A stretch of 57,163 nt of DNA from Oscillospiraceae bacterium (lineage in GTDB: Bacteria > Bacillota > Clostridia > Oscillospirales > Acutalibacteraceae). Positions within the stretch are counted from its first letter, which is position 1. Every line of letters begins with the position of its first letter. A program made the position numbers and the translations under genes. The stretch covers positions 1 to 57,163 of the forward strand of contig SVPT01000001.1 of assembly GCA_015065695.1 (NCBI GenBank), given 5' to 3'. Positions 27,985-37,980 of the stretch are shown here, in pieces. The notes below the pieces were generated by a model. The model saw only the letters and a program-made list of their open reading frames with translations, was not told the origin of the DNA and did not search any database.

Positions 27985-28871
27985 TGGAGAAGAACACCGT
28001 ACGCACACCGCTGCTCAGCAGCATCACAGCTCGCTGTGCGAAGCGCATCAAGCGGCTGTACACCGACAACGACCTGCTTCCCAACAGCCCTCTTGCGCAG
28101 GCCTGTCTTGCGGTGTTTGTTGCGATCGACAGCACCAGTCTCTATCACTACTATGCATTGTTTAACACCGGTATCTTCACCGTAATTTTAAGATGCATAG
28201 CCGGTGCAGCACTGCTTAATCTGCCGGCATCGATAGCTTGTACCAGCGTTGTCAACGCAAGAGCAGGCATAACCAACGGAACCAAAGTAAAGCGCCGTGT
28301 CATTGCAGCCGTGTTGAGCTTTATGCTGGTGTTTTTCCCCTACGCAAGCGTAACTATGCTCAAAGCCTTTGATGAGGGTGTCCTGTATAAGGCAGAGGAG
28401 GAGTACACAGACCACGAATCCGTATATGGAATCATTCCTGCCATCAATGTCAGCAATGAAACGAGTATGATTGAGCAGGAAGAGGAGCCGACCGGTGTTG
28501 ACCCCATTGAGCTGTTCGCTGCGATTGGTCTTGCTTTTTTCCCCCTTTGCACCACTCTCCTTTCGATGTTTGTTTCACTCGCCTGTACCAAACCACTTCA
28601 GGAGAGGCGCAGGAAACTGCTCACACTGCAGAAAGAGAATGCAGATGATGTAGCTCAGATAGAGCAGATACTTGTTGTGCAGAACGCCTGTCACGGCAAG
28701 CTTGAGGGCATAAGGGCTGCCGATAAAGCTGCAGCAGAGCATCAGCGTGCGCTGATACTGGCCGAGGGCGAGCGTCTCAAGCAGGAAGCCCGTATGTATA
28801 TCTCCCGCAGCAGTAAGAATCCTTCCGAGGTGAGCAACGTCCTTGCCGCCCTTGGTCTGACAACTAACTAA
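27984..28871 (+). CDS. hypothetical polytopic membrane protein with a C-terminal coiled-coil
   Basis: About four hydrophobic helices (for example VIAAVLSFMLVFFPYASVTML and LFAAIGLAFFPLCTTLLSMFVSLA), then a charged heptad-like tail (RRRKLLTLQKENADDVAQIEQ...). Confidence 0.6.
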   Translation: MEKNTVRTPLLSSITARCAKRIKRLYTDNDLLPNSPLAQACLAVFVAIDSTSLYHYYALFNTGIFTVILRCIAGAALLNLPASIACTSVVNARAGITNGTKVKRRVIAAVLSFMLVFFPYASVTMLKAFDEGVLYKAEEEYTDHESVYGIIPAINVSNETSMIEQEEEPTGVDPIELFAAIGLAFFPLCTTLLSMFVSLACTKPLQERRRKLLTLQKENADDVAQIEQILVVQNACHGKLEGIRAADKAAAEHQRALILAEGERLKQEARMYISRSSKNPSEVSNVLAALGLTTN

Positions 28872-28887
28872 TAGGAGGAAAACGCTC

Positions 28888-30150
28888 ATGATGACTAAGA
28901 AGAACGGTTTCATTGTCCGCTGCATCGCAGCAGCTATCTCCATGCTGCTGCTCACTGCGCCGCTGTGTGGCTGCGGTAAGGCAGAACCTCCCGTAGACGC
29001 ACTGTTTATCGCCGGAGGAATCACTTCTGGCAACACTGTAATCGATGAAGACATACTTACCCCCCTTCTTGAATCCGCTGCGGACAACCCCGGCGCAGCA
29101 ATCTGCGCCAGCACGGTTGATGGTGCCCCCGAGGTAGTATACAGTACCACCATTGCCAAGCCCGACAAGAAGTACGCAGCCAAGATCGCCAAGCAGGAGC
29201 GCAGCAAGCTTGTAAGGCGCATCAACGCCGGCATATCCGGCTGTGTTGCTGCTGTCCCCGAGGTTGACATGATGAACGTCCTCTATCTTGCCGAGGACTT
29301 CTTCGGCAGCTTCCACGAGGACAAGCGCAAGGTGCTGTTCATTCATCACAACGGGCTCTCCACCACCGGTCTTATCAGCTTTTCCACTCCCTATAAAGCA
29401 GATGACGTCATGCTCATTATTGATGTTCCTGCCGAAGAAGTGGTAAAAAATCTCGCTGATAACGACCTGCTGCCTGATCTGGCAGATGTTCAGGTTATCT
29501 GGTCCGGCTTTGGCAAGGCCACCGACAAGCAGAGCCCTTTCAGCCGCAACTACGCCGGGAAGCTCGAGTGCCTCTGGGACAGCATCCTGTCCGCAAGCGG
29601 TGCAACTGTTGATTTTATCACTGAGCCCAAGCCCAACGATTCCGTATCCTACAGCAACACAGAGATATTCGGTGATCTTGGTCTGCCCCGCGTCACTCCG
29701 GTTGTGATTCCTCCCGATGAGCTGGACAGCTTCCACGTTGACCTCTCCGAGAACGATGCCGACTGCGCAGTGCGCTTCAACCCCGGAGAGGACACATTCA
29801 TTGATGAGTCCAAGGCAGTGAAGGAGCTGCAGACCATAGCGGGCGAGATGCTCAGGCATGGGCAGTGTGAGTATGTAATCGCAGGCAGCACAGCCAGCTT
29901 TGGTGATGGTGACGGCAAGACCCTGGCTCACGCACGCGCACAGCGCTGTGCAGATGTACTCATCAAAGCCGGCGTACCGGCCGACAGCATTGTGGTCATT
30001 GGACTCGGTAAGCTCTCACACAGCAAGCGAGCAAGCGACGTTGACGCAAATGGCAGATTTGTCGAGGGCGAAGCAGCGGCGAAGAACAGAGCCGTCTACA
30101 TCTACCCGACTGATTCAGATTTTGGCAAGGAGGTTCTTGGCGTATGCTGA
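28888..30150 (+). CDS. lipoprotein with a C-terminal OmpA/MotB-like peptidoglycan-binding domain
   Basis: Lipobox ...MLLLTAPLCGCG. The C-terminus FNPGEDTFIDES...VIAGSTASFGDGDGKTLAHARAQRCADVLIKAGVPADSIVVIGLG...AKNRAVYIY follows the OmpA_C pattern. The ~300-aa N-terminal domain is unassigned. Confidence 0.65.
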   Translation: MMTKKNGFIVRCIAAAISMLLLTAPLCGCGKAEPPVDALFIAGGITSGNTVIDEDILTPLLESAADNPGAAICASTVDGAPEVVYSTTIAKPDKKYAAKIAKQERSKLVRRINAGISGCVAAVPEVDMMNVLYLAEDFFGSFHEDKRKVLFIHHNGLSTTGLISFSTPYKADDVMLIIDVPAEEVVKNLADNDLLPDLADVQVIWSGFGKATDKQSPFSRNYAGKLECLWDSILSASGATVDFITEPKPNDSVSYSNTEIFGDLGLPRVTPVVIPPDELDSFHVDLSENDADCAVRFNPGEDTFIDESKAVKELQTIAGEMLRHGQCEYVIAGSTASFGDGDGKTLAHARAQRCADVLIKAGVPADSIVVIGLGKLSHSKRASDVDANGRFVEGEAAAKNRAVYIYPTDSDFGKEVLGVC

Positions 30151-30209
30151 CAACGGTTATTTTGGGCGGTTTTATTGACATCATCAACAACATCATTGGA
30201 GGTCATTCT

Positions 30210-30863
30210 ATGAACATCTTCAACACTGCAGTAACCACCGAGCAGGCAACCAATCAGTTCCCCTCCACTGCATTCTCCATTATCTTCTGTGTGGTTGTCA
30301 TAGCCATTGTGGTGGCTGCATTCGGCAGAACCAAGCGCGGCAGGGATGTGTTCAGCAGCCTGTTCAGGAACAAGGCTCCGGTCAGGGAGGAGAGAACCCC
30401 CATTGCTGAACCCAGAAAAAAAGCCGTAGATACCGACAGAGAAAATGACCGTGGTGTGACTACCATAGCAGCCAAGTACACCTGTTCCCTTTATCTCGAT
30501 GGTATCAAGATTGCCTCCAAGGCAGTAACCCTCAGTCCTGAAAAGCCCTTCTTTATCGGCAGCGCCCGTGATGACCACCTTCGTGTTGATGAACCTACCG
30601 TTTCCCGCCATCATCTCGTGGTTGCAGTGGACACCGATGGCACTGACTTCATAAGAGACTACGGCCGTGATGGTCAGGGCTCTTCCAACGGCACGTGGTT
30701 TGGCGGTAGCTTCTACCGCAACGCCAGCTTTGATCTCGTCCTTGACGAGAAAATCTACCTCGGCGAAGAGGACGGGCACTACATCGTGTTCGAGCGCCGC
30801 AAACGTCAGCGCGACTGCCACAATTCCAGTGAACAGTCGGGGGCTGTACGCATCTCCCGCTAA
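30210..30863 (+). CDS. membrane-anchored FHA domain protein
   Basis: GGAGG lies 8 nt before ATG 30210 (alternative ATG 30144 overlaps the upstream stop). TM helix AFSIIFCVVVIAIVVAAF. FHA core: FFIGSARDDHLRVDEPTVSRHHLVVAVD....IRDYG...SSNGTWFGG. Confidence 0.8.
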   Translation: MNIFNTAVTTEQATNQFPSTAFSIIFCVVVIAIVVAAFGRTKRGRDVFSSLFRNKAPVREERTPIAEPRKKAVDTDRENDRGVTTIAAKYTCSLYLDGIKIASKAVTLSPEKPFFIGSARDDHLRVDEPTVSRHHLVVAVDTDGTDFIRDYGRDGQGSSNGTWFGGSFYRNASFDLVLDEKIYLGEEDGHYIVFERRKRQRDCHNSSEQSGAVRISR

Positions 30864-30884
30864 ACTGAAGGAGGTAAGAATATT

Positions 30885-32324
30885 ATGATGCTCAAGAGCG
30901 TTAACAGCCGCCCTGTTATCAAGGCTGCATTCATGTTCCTCGTTCTTACCGCAATACTCGGTATGCTGTGCTTCAGCAAGAGTGTTTCTGCTCAGGTCAA
31001 TTTCATGAATTCGTTGACGCCTCTGCTTATTGTCTCCGGTGCTGCGTTCTTATACACGGCATATACCGCAGGGGACCTGCTCCTTACCTTCTCGCTGACC
31101 TCCCTCAACGCAGTGGGCGTTGCTTTCCAGTGTATGCTGCCCAGCGATTTTGCCACCATTAAACAGGATATGGTCTCATACCCCCTGCTCTTTAGTGCCT
31201 TCTCTATTCTACTAATCTTCTGCTACGACATTTCCCAAGGAGGGGAGCGAATTCAGTACATTTTCGGCAAGCTGTGTTCCCCCCTTGGGCTGACAATCAT
31301 CGCAGGCACAATTGTCCTGTCTACTGTTATACTGCTTGTTTTTTCCCGTGGCGAGGATAACAAGTCTTGGCTCAGAATTCCGGGTGTCTTCCAGATTCAG
31401 CTCACAGAGGTCTTTAAGGTGCTTCTGGTTGTGTTCTTTGCTCTGCTCAGCAAAGCCAATCTGGATGCTCTCCCGCTCAAGCTGCTGCGCAGCCGCTTTG
31501 TGTGGGCAGAGGGCGTTCTTATACTGACCATTGGCTGCTTAGGTATACTTGGCGAGTATGGCAGCATTATCCTCATCACTGCATTGGCTGTTGGCATGAC
31601 TTACCTGACCTTTGAAAAGAAGCGATACGCTTTATATATGCTTGCGAGCATAATCGCACTGATTGGCGTTGGTTGGTTGCTCCTGAATATGTTCGGCAAT
31701 GCATATGCAAATGCTGTTGCAAACGGTCAGGAGACCGGCTCTTTGCTTAAGCGTATTGCTTCTGCAAATTCACGTCTTAACGAAAGGTTTGCTCTCTGGA
31801 CTAAAGGCATTGATGACCCGGCACTTGAAGAGGTTTCGGGCCAACTGAAAGATGCACGCAGAGCAGCTATCAAGGGTGGCCTTACCGGGAATGTACATCC
31901 GGTCTATGTGTTGTACGAAGAGTCCGATTACGCATTTATCGGATTGCTCGCTCGCTGCGGCATACTCGTTGGTGCAGCCGTAATGATGCTCTTTTCAATC
32001 GTGCTGCGCCAGGGACTTGTCATTGCGTCTGAGCAGACCGACAAGGCAGCATCAGCCATTGCGGCTGGCATGGCAATGAGCATCTCCTTTGGCTTCATTA
32101 TTAATGCCAGCAGCGCCAGTGGGCTAATCCCTTTAGCGGGCCTCGCTGCTCCCTTTATCTCCAGAGGCGGCAGCAATATGCTCATAACATATATCGCATC
32201 TTCGATTCTTATTTATCTCAGCGGTAACCGCAACAGTTTGTTACGCTCGGTGGTCGATGCCTTTAAGCAGCCCCAGGAAGCACCTCAGCCCAAAGCTGAG
32301 TCCATCAACAGAATAACCCGCTGA
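30885..32324 (+). CDS. SEDS-family peptidoglycan polymerase (FtsW/RodA/SpoVE-like)
   Basis: About 10 TM segments. The C-terminal block SGLIPLAGLAAPFISRGGSNMLITY matches the conserved SEDS motif (G..P..G...PF.SYGGS). Confidence 0.8.
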   Translation: MMLKSVNSRPVIKAAFMFLVLTAILGMLCFSKSVSAQVNFMNSLTPLLIVSGAAFLYTAYTAGDLLLTFSLTSLNAVGVAFQCMLPSDFATIKQDMVSYPLLFSAFSILLIFCYDISQGGERIQYIFGKLCSPLGLTIIAGTIVLSTVILLVFSRGEDNKSWLRIPGVFQIQLTEVFKVLLVVFFALLSKANLDALPLKLLRSRFVWAEGVLILTIGCLGILGEYGSIILITALAVGMTYLTFEKKRYALYMLASIIALIGVGWLLLNMFGNAYANAVANGQETGSLLKRIASANSRLNERFALWTKGIDDPALEEVSGQLKDARRAAIKGGLTGNVHPVYVLYEESDYAFIGLLARCGILVGAAVMMLFSIVLRQGLVIASEQTDKAASAIAAGMAMSISFGFIINASSASGLIPLAGLAAPFISRGGSNMLITYIASSILIYLSGNRNSLLRSVVDAFKQPQEAPQPKAESINRITR

Positions 32325-32338
32325 CAGGGAGGTATACC

Positions 32339-33703
32339 ATGAATATCAAAGATCGTGCCATAATGTTTACTGCCGTCTTTATCTGCATAGAGGTCATACT
32401 TGTCGGGCATCTGTTGGGTTACGCTTCGGTCATCAACAATATTAATCCCAACTCTGATGCCGCTCAGGAAAGACTCATCAAACATGAGATACGAAACAGC
32501 ACCGTTCCAGGCCCCATTACAGACCGCGACGGCATTGCAATTACCTACGCAGAACAACCGGGGGACGACATAAAAATCGTATTCCCCGAGCCGTACAGTC
32601 TGCTGCTCGGCTATAACAACAGCAGGCAAGGTGATGCAGGAATGCTTGCCAACTCGCGTCTGGGCAAACACATTTTGACACCCGACAGCACGAGCTGCGG
32701 AGCAACAGTCCGGCTGACGCTTGACAACGATGTTCAGCAGGCAGCCTACAAGGCTATTCAGGGCTACGATGCCTGTGCAGTAGTTATCGAAGCAAAGACC
32801 GGTAAGGTGATTACCCTGGTAACCACCGATCCGGATATAGTCATTGATTACTCTACCGTGGACAGTATTGAGCAAAGTAATTCCAAAGCCGACAGCTACT
32901 CCGGCTCGCTTATAGCCAACTGGGATGTGTATCTGGCAACCGGCTCAGATATCAAGGCAGTTACGGCATGCGGAATCGTTGAGAGCGGTTGGGAAAATGA
33001 GATATACAGGGATACAGGCAGTGAAACCATAGGCTTTACCATCCACAACGCATATCGCGGCGGCAAGGGCAATATCAGTATGAAACAAGCTATGATCCAC
33101 TCCTGCAACTGTTACTTCTTTTATTACGCAGACCAGCTTGGTCTCGTGCAAATGAAAGACCTTTACGAACGCTTCGGTATAGGCGAGGACATTGAGCTGG
33201 ACTTCATGAGGCTCAGAGCAAGACACAACTTTGAGACCAGCACCCGCACTGAGGTTGCCTGTGCCGGATTCGGCCAGGGCAAGCTGGAGGTCAGCATCGT
33301 CAATATCGCAATGTTTGCGGCTGCCTTTGCCAATGACGGCGCAATGATGAAGCCCTACATGATTGACTGCGTCTATAACAATGACGGTGAAATCATGCAT
33401 ACTGAGCCTGCGGTGTACAAGCAAAGTGTGTCTGCCGAAACGGCTGAAATTATCAACGATGCCCTTGCTGCTACAGCCAAGAGCTACGGCTTTGGCGAGG
33501 GTATATATGCCAAGACCGGCACGGCTGACATCTGGGATGGGACAAACCGTGCCGTTTTGATGACGCACAACGGCGACTATGCAGTGGCAGTGTGCGTGGA
33601 CGAAACGCACATGGCAGGCAAGCAGCTTGTGCCTATGGTCAAGCAGATTTACAAGGCACTCGACGCGGCAGATGCCCGCGCCGAGGCTGTGCCTGCTGAA
33701 TAA
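32339..33703 (+). CDS. class B penicillin-binding protein (transpeptidase) with an N-terminal TM anchor
   Basis: Candidate SxxK (GSDIK), SxN (HSCN) and KTG (AKTGTA) motifs in the right order and spacing. N-terminal TM helix. Confidence 0.75.
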   Translation: MNIKDRAIMFTAVFICIEVILVGHLLGYASVINNINPNSDAAQERLIKHEIRNSTVPGPITDRDGIAITYAEQPGDDIKIVFPEPYSLLLGYNNSRQGDAGMLANSRLGKHILTPDSTSCGATVRLTLDNDVQQAAYKAIQGYDACAVVIEAKTGKVITLVTTDPDIVIDYSTVDSIEQSNSKADSYSGSLIANWDVYLATGSDIKAVTACGIVESGWENEIYRDTGSETIGFTIHNAYRGGKGNISMKQAMIHSCNCYFFYYADQLGLVQMKDLYERFGIGEDIELDFMRLRARHNFETSTRTEVACAGFGQGKLEVSIVNIAMFAAAFANDGAMMKPYMIDCVYNNDGEIMHTEPAVYKQSVSAETAEIINDALAATAKSYGFGEGIYAKTGTADIWDGTNRAVLMTHNGDYAVAVCVDETHMAGKQLVPMVKQIYKALDAADARAEAVPAE

Positions 33704-33726
33704 TAACGAATCAGGGGGACTGGCTG

Positions 33727-35742
33727 ATGAATACCAACAACGTAATCAAGGCAGCAAAGGCTATCATAGGCGAACACTTCCGTAGCGGTCTTTATGCGCA
33801 GCACCTTCCCGATTGGGTCAAGTACATCAATGTTGTGCGCACTCCGTTCAAAGAGTGCGGTCAGGCACAGATTTTTCTCATCAGGGGTGCAGGCAATAGA
33901 TTTTTCCTCAGGGCAGACAACGTCATGGTACTGAAGGTTTTCTCAGATGCCAATGAACAGCGTTGGATAGAAAGGGAACAGGCGATTCGGGGAAAGCTGA
34001 GAGATGATGAAGAGCTTCTTGCTCATCTTGTCCTGCCCATCGACAGCTTCGCGGTGTTCGATGACAGAAACCATATGCTGCATTGCCACGTTTACCTCTA
34101 CAAAACTCCTTTCTGCGATACAGTGGGCAACACTGATGAAGAGTGCGTCAGGGCTGCAATAAGGCTTAGCAGCCTGCTGCCCTGCCTGCACAGTCTGGCA
34201 GAGCTTCGTATCTTCAACAGGGACATCAAGAGAAGCAATCTGTATGCGGACCCCAAGAGCGGCTGTGTGATGATTGGTGACTGGTCGGTTTCCAACAACA
34301 CCCGAAATAATGCCACCCCCATCGGCACATTTCCTGAGATAGCACCCGAGGTAGTTGCCAGCTCTCCGGGCTGCGAAAACAACATCGCCAAGGCCGATCT
34401 CTACAGCCTGGCTATGACCATGATCTTCTACCTCAACGGCATGGAGTATCCGGATCACGACAGTGTGCTTGTTCCCCACAGCGAGGGCAAGATGCAGTTT
34501 CCCGAACCGAAGCTTGGTTGCTCCAGCCAGCTTAAACAGGCGGTTCTTCGTGCTGTTGAGCACAACCCGGAACGGCGTTATGATAACTGCCTTGAGTTTT
34601 ACGAGGCTGTGCGTCAGACACCTGAATATATGCTCTACGGCACCGAAGAAGGAAATGTTAGTTGCATTGAGGATTCGCCAGAATCTGTTGTGGAGAACAG
34701 CGAAATGCTCTGTGAAGCAGAAATCAAACTGGATGTTGATAACCTATCCGAGGATCAGCTTGAAGCAGTTGCCCAGCTTTACGCAAAAATCGCAAGAGGT
34801 CTCGACATTGAATGCGAGGAAGCAGAGCAGTGCAGTGATTCTCCTGCACTGCCCTCTCAGGAGGAATCCGTCATTGAGCAGGCAGAAAGCATTATTCCCG
34901 AGGGCTATGAGGAAGATGAGTGCTTTGACGTTTCCGAACTTTACCCTGAGCCCGCTAAGGAAGAGATAATTACTGAGGTAGAGGAAAGTGTTATTCCTGA
35001 GGGCTATGAGGAAGACAAGCACTTCGACGTTTCCGAGGCATATACCGAGCCCCCTGCCGAGCCCACCAGGCTTTACAACAGCTCCAAGGTGTACACAGGA
35101 CCCGGGCTCTATCCCGATGAGATGGAAGAGGACCTCTCCAACGCTTATACAGGCGAAAGCCTTGACATCACCGACTCGGCAGAGGTGGTTTGTGACCATT
35201 CGGCAGACTTCGCCGCGCTAAGAAGAACCATACGCAGCAGCGGGAAAAACGAACTGCTGTACAGCGGGGAAACCGTACCTCCTTCCGCTTTTTACCACAC
35301 TGCCCTCAAGAAAGCAGTGCTTAAAAACACTGTAACCATCGAGCGCAAGGCGTTCCGGGGCAGTGACATTCAGCACGTTGAGTTTGGCGAGAGGTTGGTG
35401 TCCATAGGCAGCGGGGCGTTTAACGGAACGCAGTTAAAGGAGGTCACCATGCCCGCTTCGCTGCAGCATATAGGCATGGGTGCATTCGCCTGCTGTGAGC
35501 ATCTTGCAACCCTGCGTCTTCCCTCCGGACTGCGCAGGATTGAACGCCGCGCATTTGCCTACTGCCCTTCGCTTAAGAGGCTTTATCTCCCCAAGGGCAT
35601 TGAATACATAGCACCCGATGCCTTTGCAGGAACCGAAATTCACATCTATTCGCCGGAGAATCCCATCAAATACTGGCAGCAGAAGCTGCCAGACAACATC
35701 ACATGGCACAAGCTTATTGAAAAACAAGGAGGCGCGGCATGA
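33727..35742 (+). CDS. Hanks-type Ser/Thr kinase fused to BspA-type LRRs (no TM segment)
   Basis: VLKV (candidate catalytic Lys), FNRDIKRSN (HRD-box variant), IGDWS (DFG variant), PEIAPEV (APE). An acidic linker contains a 33-aa duplication. The C-terminus has xIGxxAFxxCxxLxxL LRR_5 repeats. Confidence 0.75.
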   Translation: MNTNNVIKAAKAIIGEHFRSGLYAQHLPDWVKYINVVRTPFKECGQAQIFLIRGAGNRFFLRADNVMVLKVFSDANEQRWIEREQAIRGKLRDDEELLAHLVLPIDSFAVFDDRNHMLHCHVYLYKTPFCDTVGNTDEECVRAAIRLSSLLPCLHSLAELRIFNRDIKRSNLYADPKSGCVMIGDWSVSNNTRNNATPIGTFPEIAPEVVASSPGCENNIAKADLYSLAMTMIFYLNGMEYPDHDSVLVPHSEGKMQFPEPKLGCSSQLKQAVLRAVEHNPERRYDNCLEFYEAVRQTPEYMLYGTEEGNVSCIEDSPESVVENSEMLCEAEIKLDVDNLSEDQLEAVAQLYAKIARGLDIECEEAEQCSDSPALPSQEESVIEQAESIIPEGYEEDECFDVSELYPEPAKEEIITEVEESVIPEGYEEDKHFDVSEAYTEPPAEPTRLYNSSKVYTGPGLYPDEMEEDLSNAYTGESLDITDSAEVVCDHSADFAALRRTIRSSGKNELLYSGETVPPSAFYHTALKKAVLKNTVTIERKAFRGSDIQHVEFGERLVSIGSGAFNGTQLKEVTMPASLQHIGMGAFACCEHLATLRLPSGLRRIERRAFAYCPSLKRLYLPKGIEYIAPDAFAGTEIHIYSPENPIKYWQQKLPDNITWHKLIEKQGGAA

Positions 35743-36482
35743 CCATTTCCATAACCGCACTGACAGCAAAAGGTGCAAGAGCAAACAATCAGGACGCACT
35801 TCTTCTGGGAAACCATGTAATAACGGCGGGCGAGCACCCGTTTCTGATGACGGGTTGTATTGTGCAGTCCGACCCGCGGATTTCCGTGTTTGCTGTGGCA
35901 GACGGGGCTGGCGGCAACGAGGCAGGCGAGGTTGCCTCGGAGGCGGCACTGCGTTTGCTTGCCGCTGAAAGCTTTGCTGACATCAACGACTTCCGCGAAA
36001 AGGTGGACGAATGCTTTGAACGTATGCAGACGGCTGTGGAAGAGGCCCTGGGAAGCCGTTGGGGTGGCTCAACCATCAGTGTTCTCGCCATGGGTGAAGG
36101 GCAGTATGTCTGCGCAAACCTCGGCGACAGTCCTGTGTACAAAGCAAACTCCGGCAGACTCAATCTGATTTCCGAGATTCATACCGAGGCAGAGGAGAAG
36201 CTGATGGCAGGTGTCAGAAAGAAAGACATAACCGAACAGGAACGCCATAGTCTGACCCGATGCCTTGGCAGTGCAGGGTACGATATACCTTCGTTCAGTT
36301 CGGGTGTGTTTGCGCAGGGAGATGTATTTGTGCTTTGCTCAGACGGCTTTGCAGAAAGATTCCCCAAAAACAGGCTTCTGCGCGAGCTGCACAGACCGTC
36401 ACCCAAACTCTTTTCGCCGAATACCTATGCTGCCACCGATGACAACTGCAGCGCAATAATAATCTTCACAGGCAAGGCGTAA
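35739..36482 (+). CDS. PP2C-family Ser/Thr phosphatase
   Basis: KGARANNQDALL, VFAVADGAGGNEAGEVASE and LCSDGF motifs. The start overlaps the kinase stop (ATGA), preceded by AAGGAGG. Confidence 0.85.
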   Translation: MTISITALTAKGARANNQDALLLGNHVITAGEHPFLMTGCIVQSDPRISVFAVADGAGGNEAGEVASEAALRLLAAESFADINDFREKVDECFERMQTAVEEALGSRWGGSTISVLAMGEGQYVCANLGDSPVYKANSGRLNLISEIHTEAEEKLMAGVRKKDITEQERHSLTRCLGSAGYDIPSFSSGVFAQGDVFVLCSDGFAERFPKNRLLRELHRPSPKLFSPNTYAATDDNCSAIIIFTGKA

Positions 36483-36502
36483 TAGCCGATGGAGAATCCG
36501 GT

Positions 36503-37980
36503 ATGAATAAGCGTTTGCTCAAAAGAGCCATGAGGAAGTACATTGCAGCCTGCCGCAGTGAGAGCGAATTTCGCAGGCTGTACGACCCCGACCTGATGCC
36601 CTACAGCAGATTCATAAAGAGCAGAGATGCCCGATGGTGCAGGTTATTCTTTAACTATCGGGTGGGTACAGATGAGGAGATAGCGGCGATAACAGGGATT
36701 GCCGGAGCAGATTTGTACAGATCTGCTCCGTGCAGCCGCCATGACTGCGTCGCGCTCGCCTATGCTTTTCGGCTTACCACAAGGCAGACCAATCATCTGC
36801 TGAACACCTGCGGTTTTGGCAGGCTGAGAAAAAGCTGTGCAGACGATGCAGTATATATGCAGCTATTGAAAAGCCGCGCCGAGGACGAGGGTCAGTCAGA
36901 AAGTTTTGATGCAGCCTTCTGCCGCTTGCGCAGGGAATATGAGGAAAGCGTGCAGGCAGACTCCATACCCGTGTTCATGGGGCGCAGTACCGTTATTTGT
37001 GCAGAGAAAGCCATTGCTGCCATGAAAAAGTATGGTGCTGAGGTACAATACCTGCCTGCCAGAGAACAGATGATTTTCAGTCTGGCGGCATACGGAGCAG
37101 ACATTGACCGAATTAACAGTGTATTGCGCATTGCGGCACAGGAACCGCTGAATCCATATTGCGCAGAGGAGGCACGCCTGTTGTTTGAGTTAAGCAGGCG
37201 TGGTCAGTCGCAAGCACAGCACAGCGAAGATGGAATACCCATGAACAAAAATGATGATTTAAGGGCAAGCGCCTTTTGTGTTTGCGTTCCAGGGCAGAGA
37301 CACCTGACACATAGACAGCAGTGTCAGGACCGTGCAGTTACAGCCGCCTTTGATGGCGGGGCAATGGCAGTGCTTTCCGATGGAGCAGGCTCGTCACAAT
37401 ACAGCCAGTTTGCGGCAGAAGCCAACACCCAGACGGCGGCACAGTTCTTCCGCACACACGATATTGATGAATGGATAACGCAATCCGAAGAACAGATGGC
37501 AGAGGATATTGCCTTTGTGACGGGTGGGGCCTGTCGGGAGCAGGCAGACCTGCTAAGGGTCAGGCCTGAGCTGATGTCGGCAACCCTTGTCGGCGCGGTT
37601 GTCGCTTACAAAAAAAGACAGATTGTCATATTCCACACAGGCGATGGCGAGTGTGGGCACAGTATGCGGACGGTACAGCACAGCAAGTGTCTGCACCTGA
37701 AGGCCTTGGCAGAAGCACCTACTTTACCGTGTCCCAAAGCAGCAGACATACACGGATAAAAAAGCTGGACGCTGACAACATTGTGAGCTTGCTGCTGGTG
37801 ACAGACGGTGTTGCTGAGGGTTTGGGAAGCGCAAAGCAAGGATTTATGGGCTCTGTTCTGGACAAGACTGCAAAGGGGGAGATTTACGACAGCATATCAC
37901 TGGAGCAATTTATTGAAAACGGTCAGCAGGACGACCACACGGCAGCAATACTGACACTGCAAGGAGGAAAAACACGATGA
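36503..37980 (+). pseudogene. second PP2C-like (PP2C_2-type) protein gene, split by a 1-nt frameshift near 37649-37651
   Basis: ORF 36503..37759 contains QCQDRAVTAAFDGGAMAVLSDGAGSSQYSQFAAE. ORF 37651..37980 continues the fold (LLLVTDGVAEGL) in another frame. The downstream gene is coupled (ATGA) to the stop of the second frame. Confidence 0.6.

Noticed and set aside
28888-29800. vWA domain in the lipoprotein N-terminal region (which would make a TerY-P-like vWA/PP2C/kinase triad)
   Set aside because: I could not find a DxSxS MIDAS motif or other vWA landmarks by eye. It remains a hypothesis for profile or structure searches only.
28575-29931. Minus-strand ORFs 28575..29270 and 28864..29931 inside the operon
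   Set aside because: They are antisense to the translationally coupled plus-strand genes, with no motifs and implausible composition.
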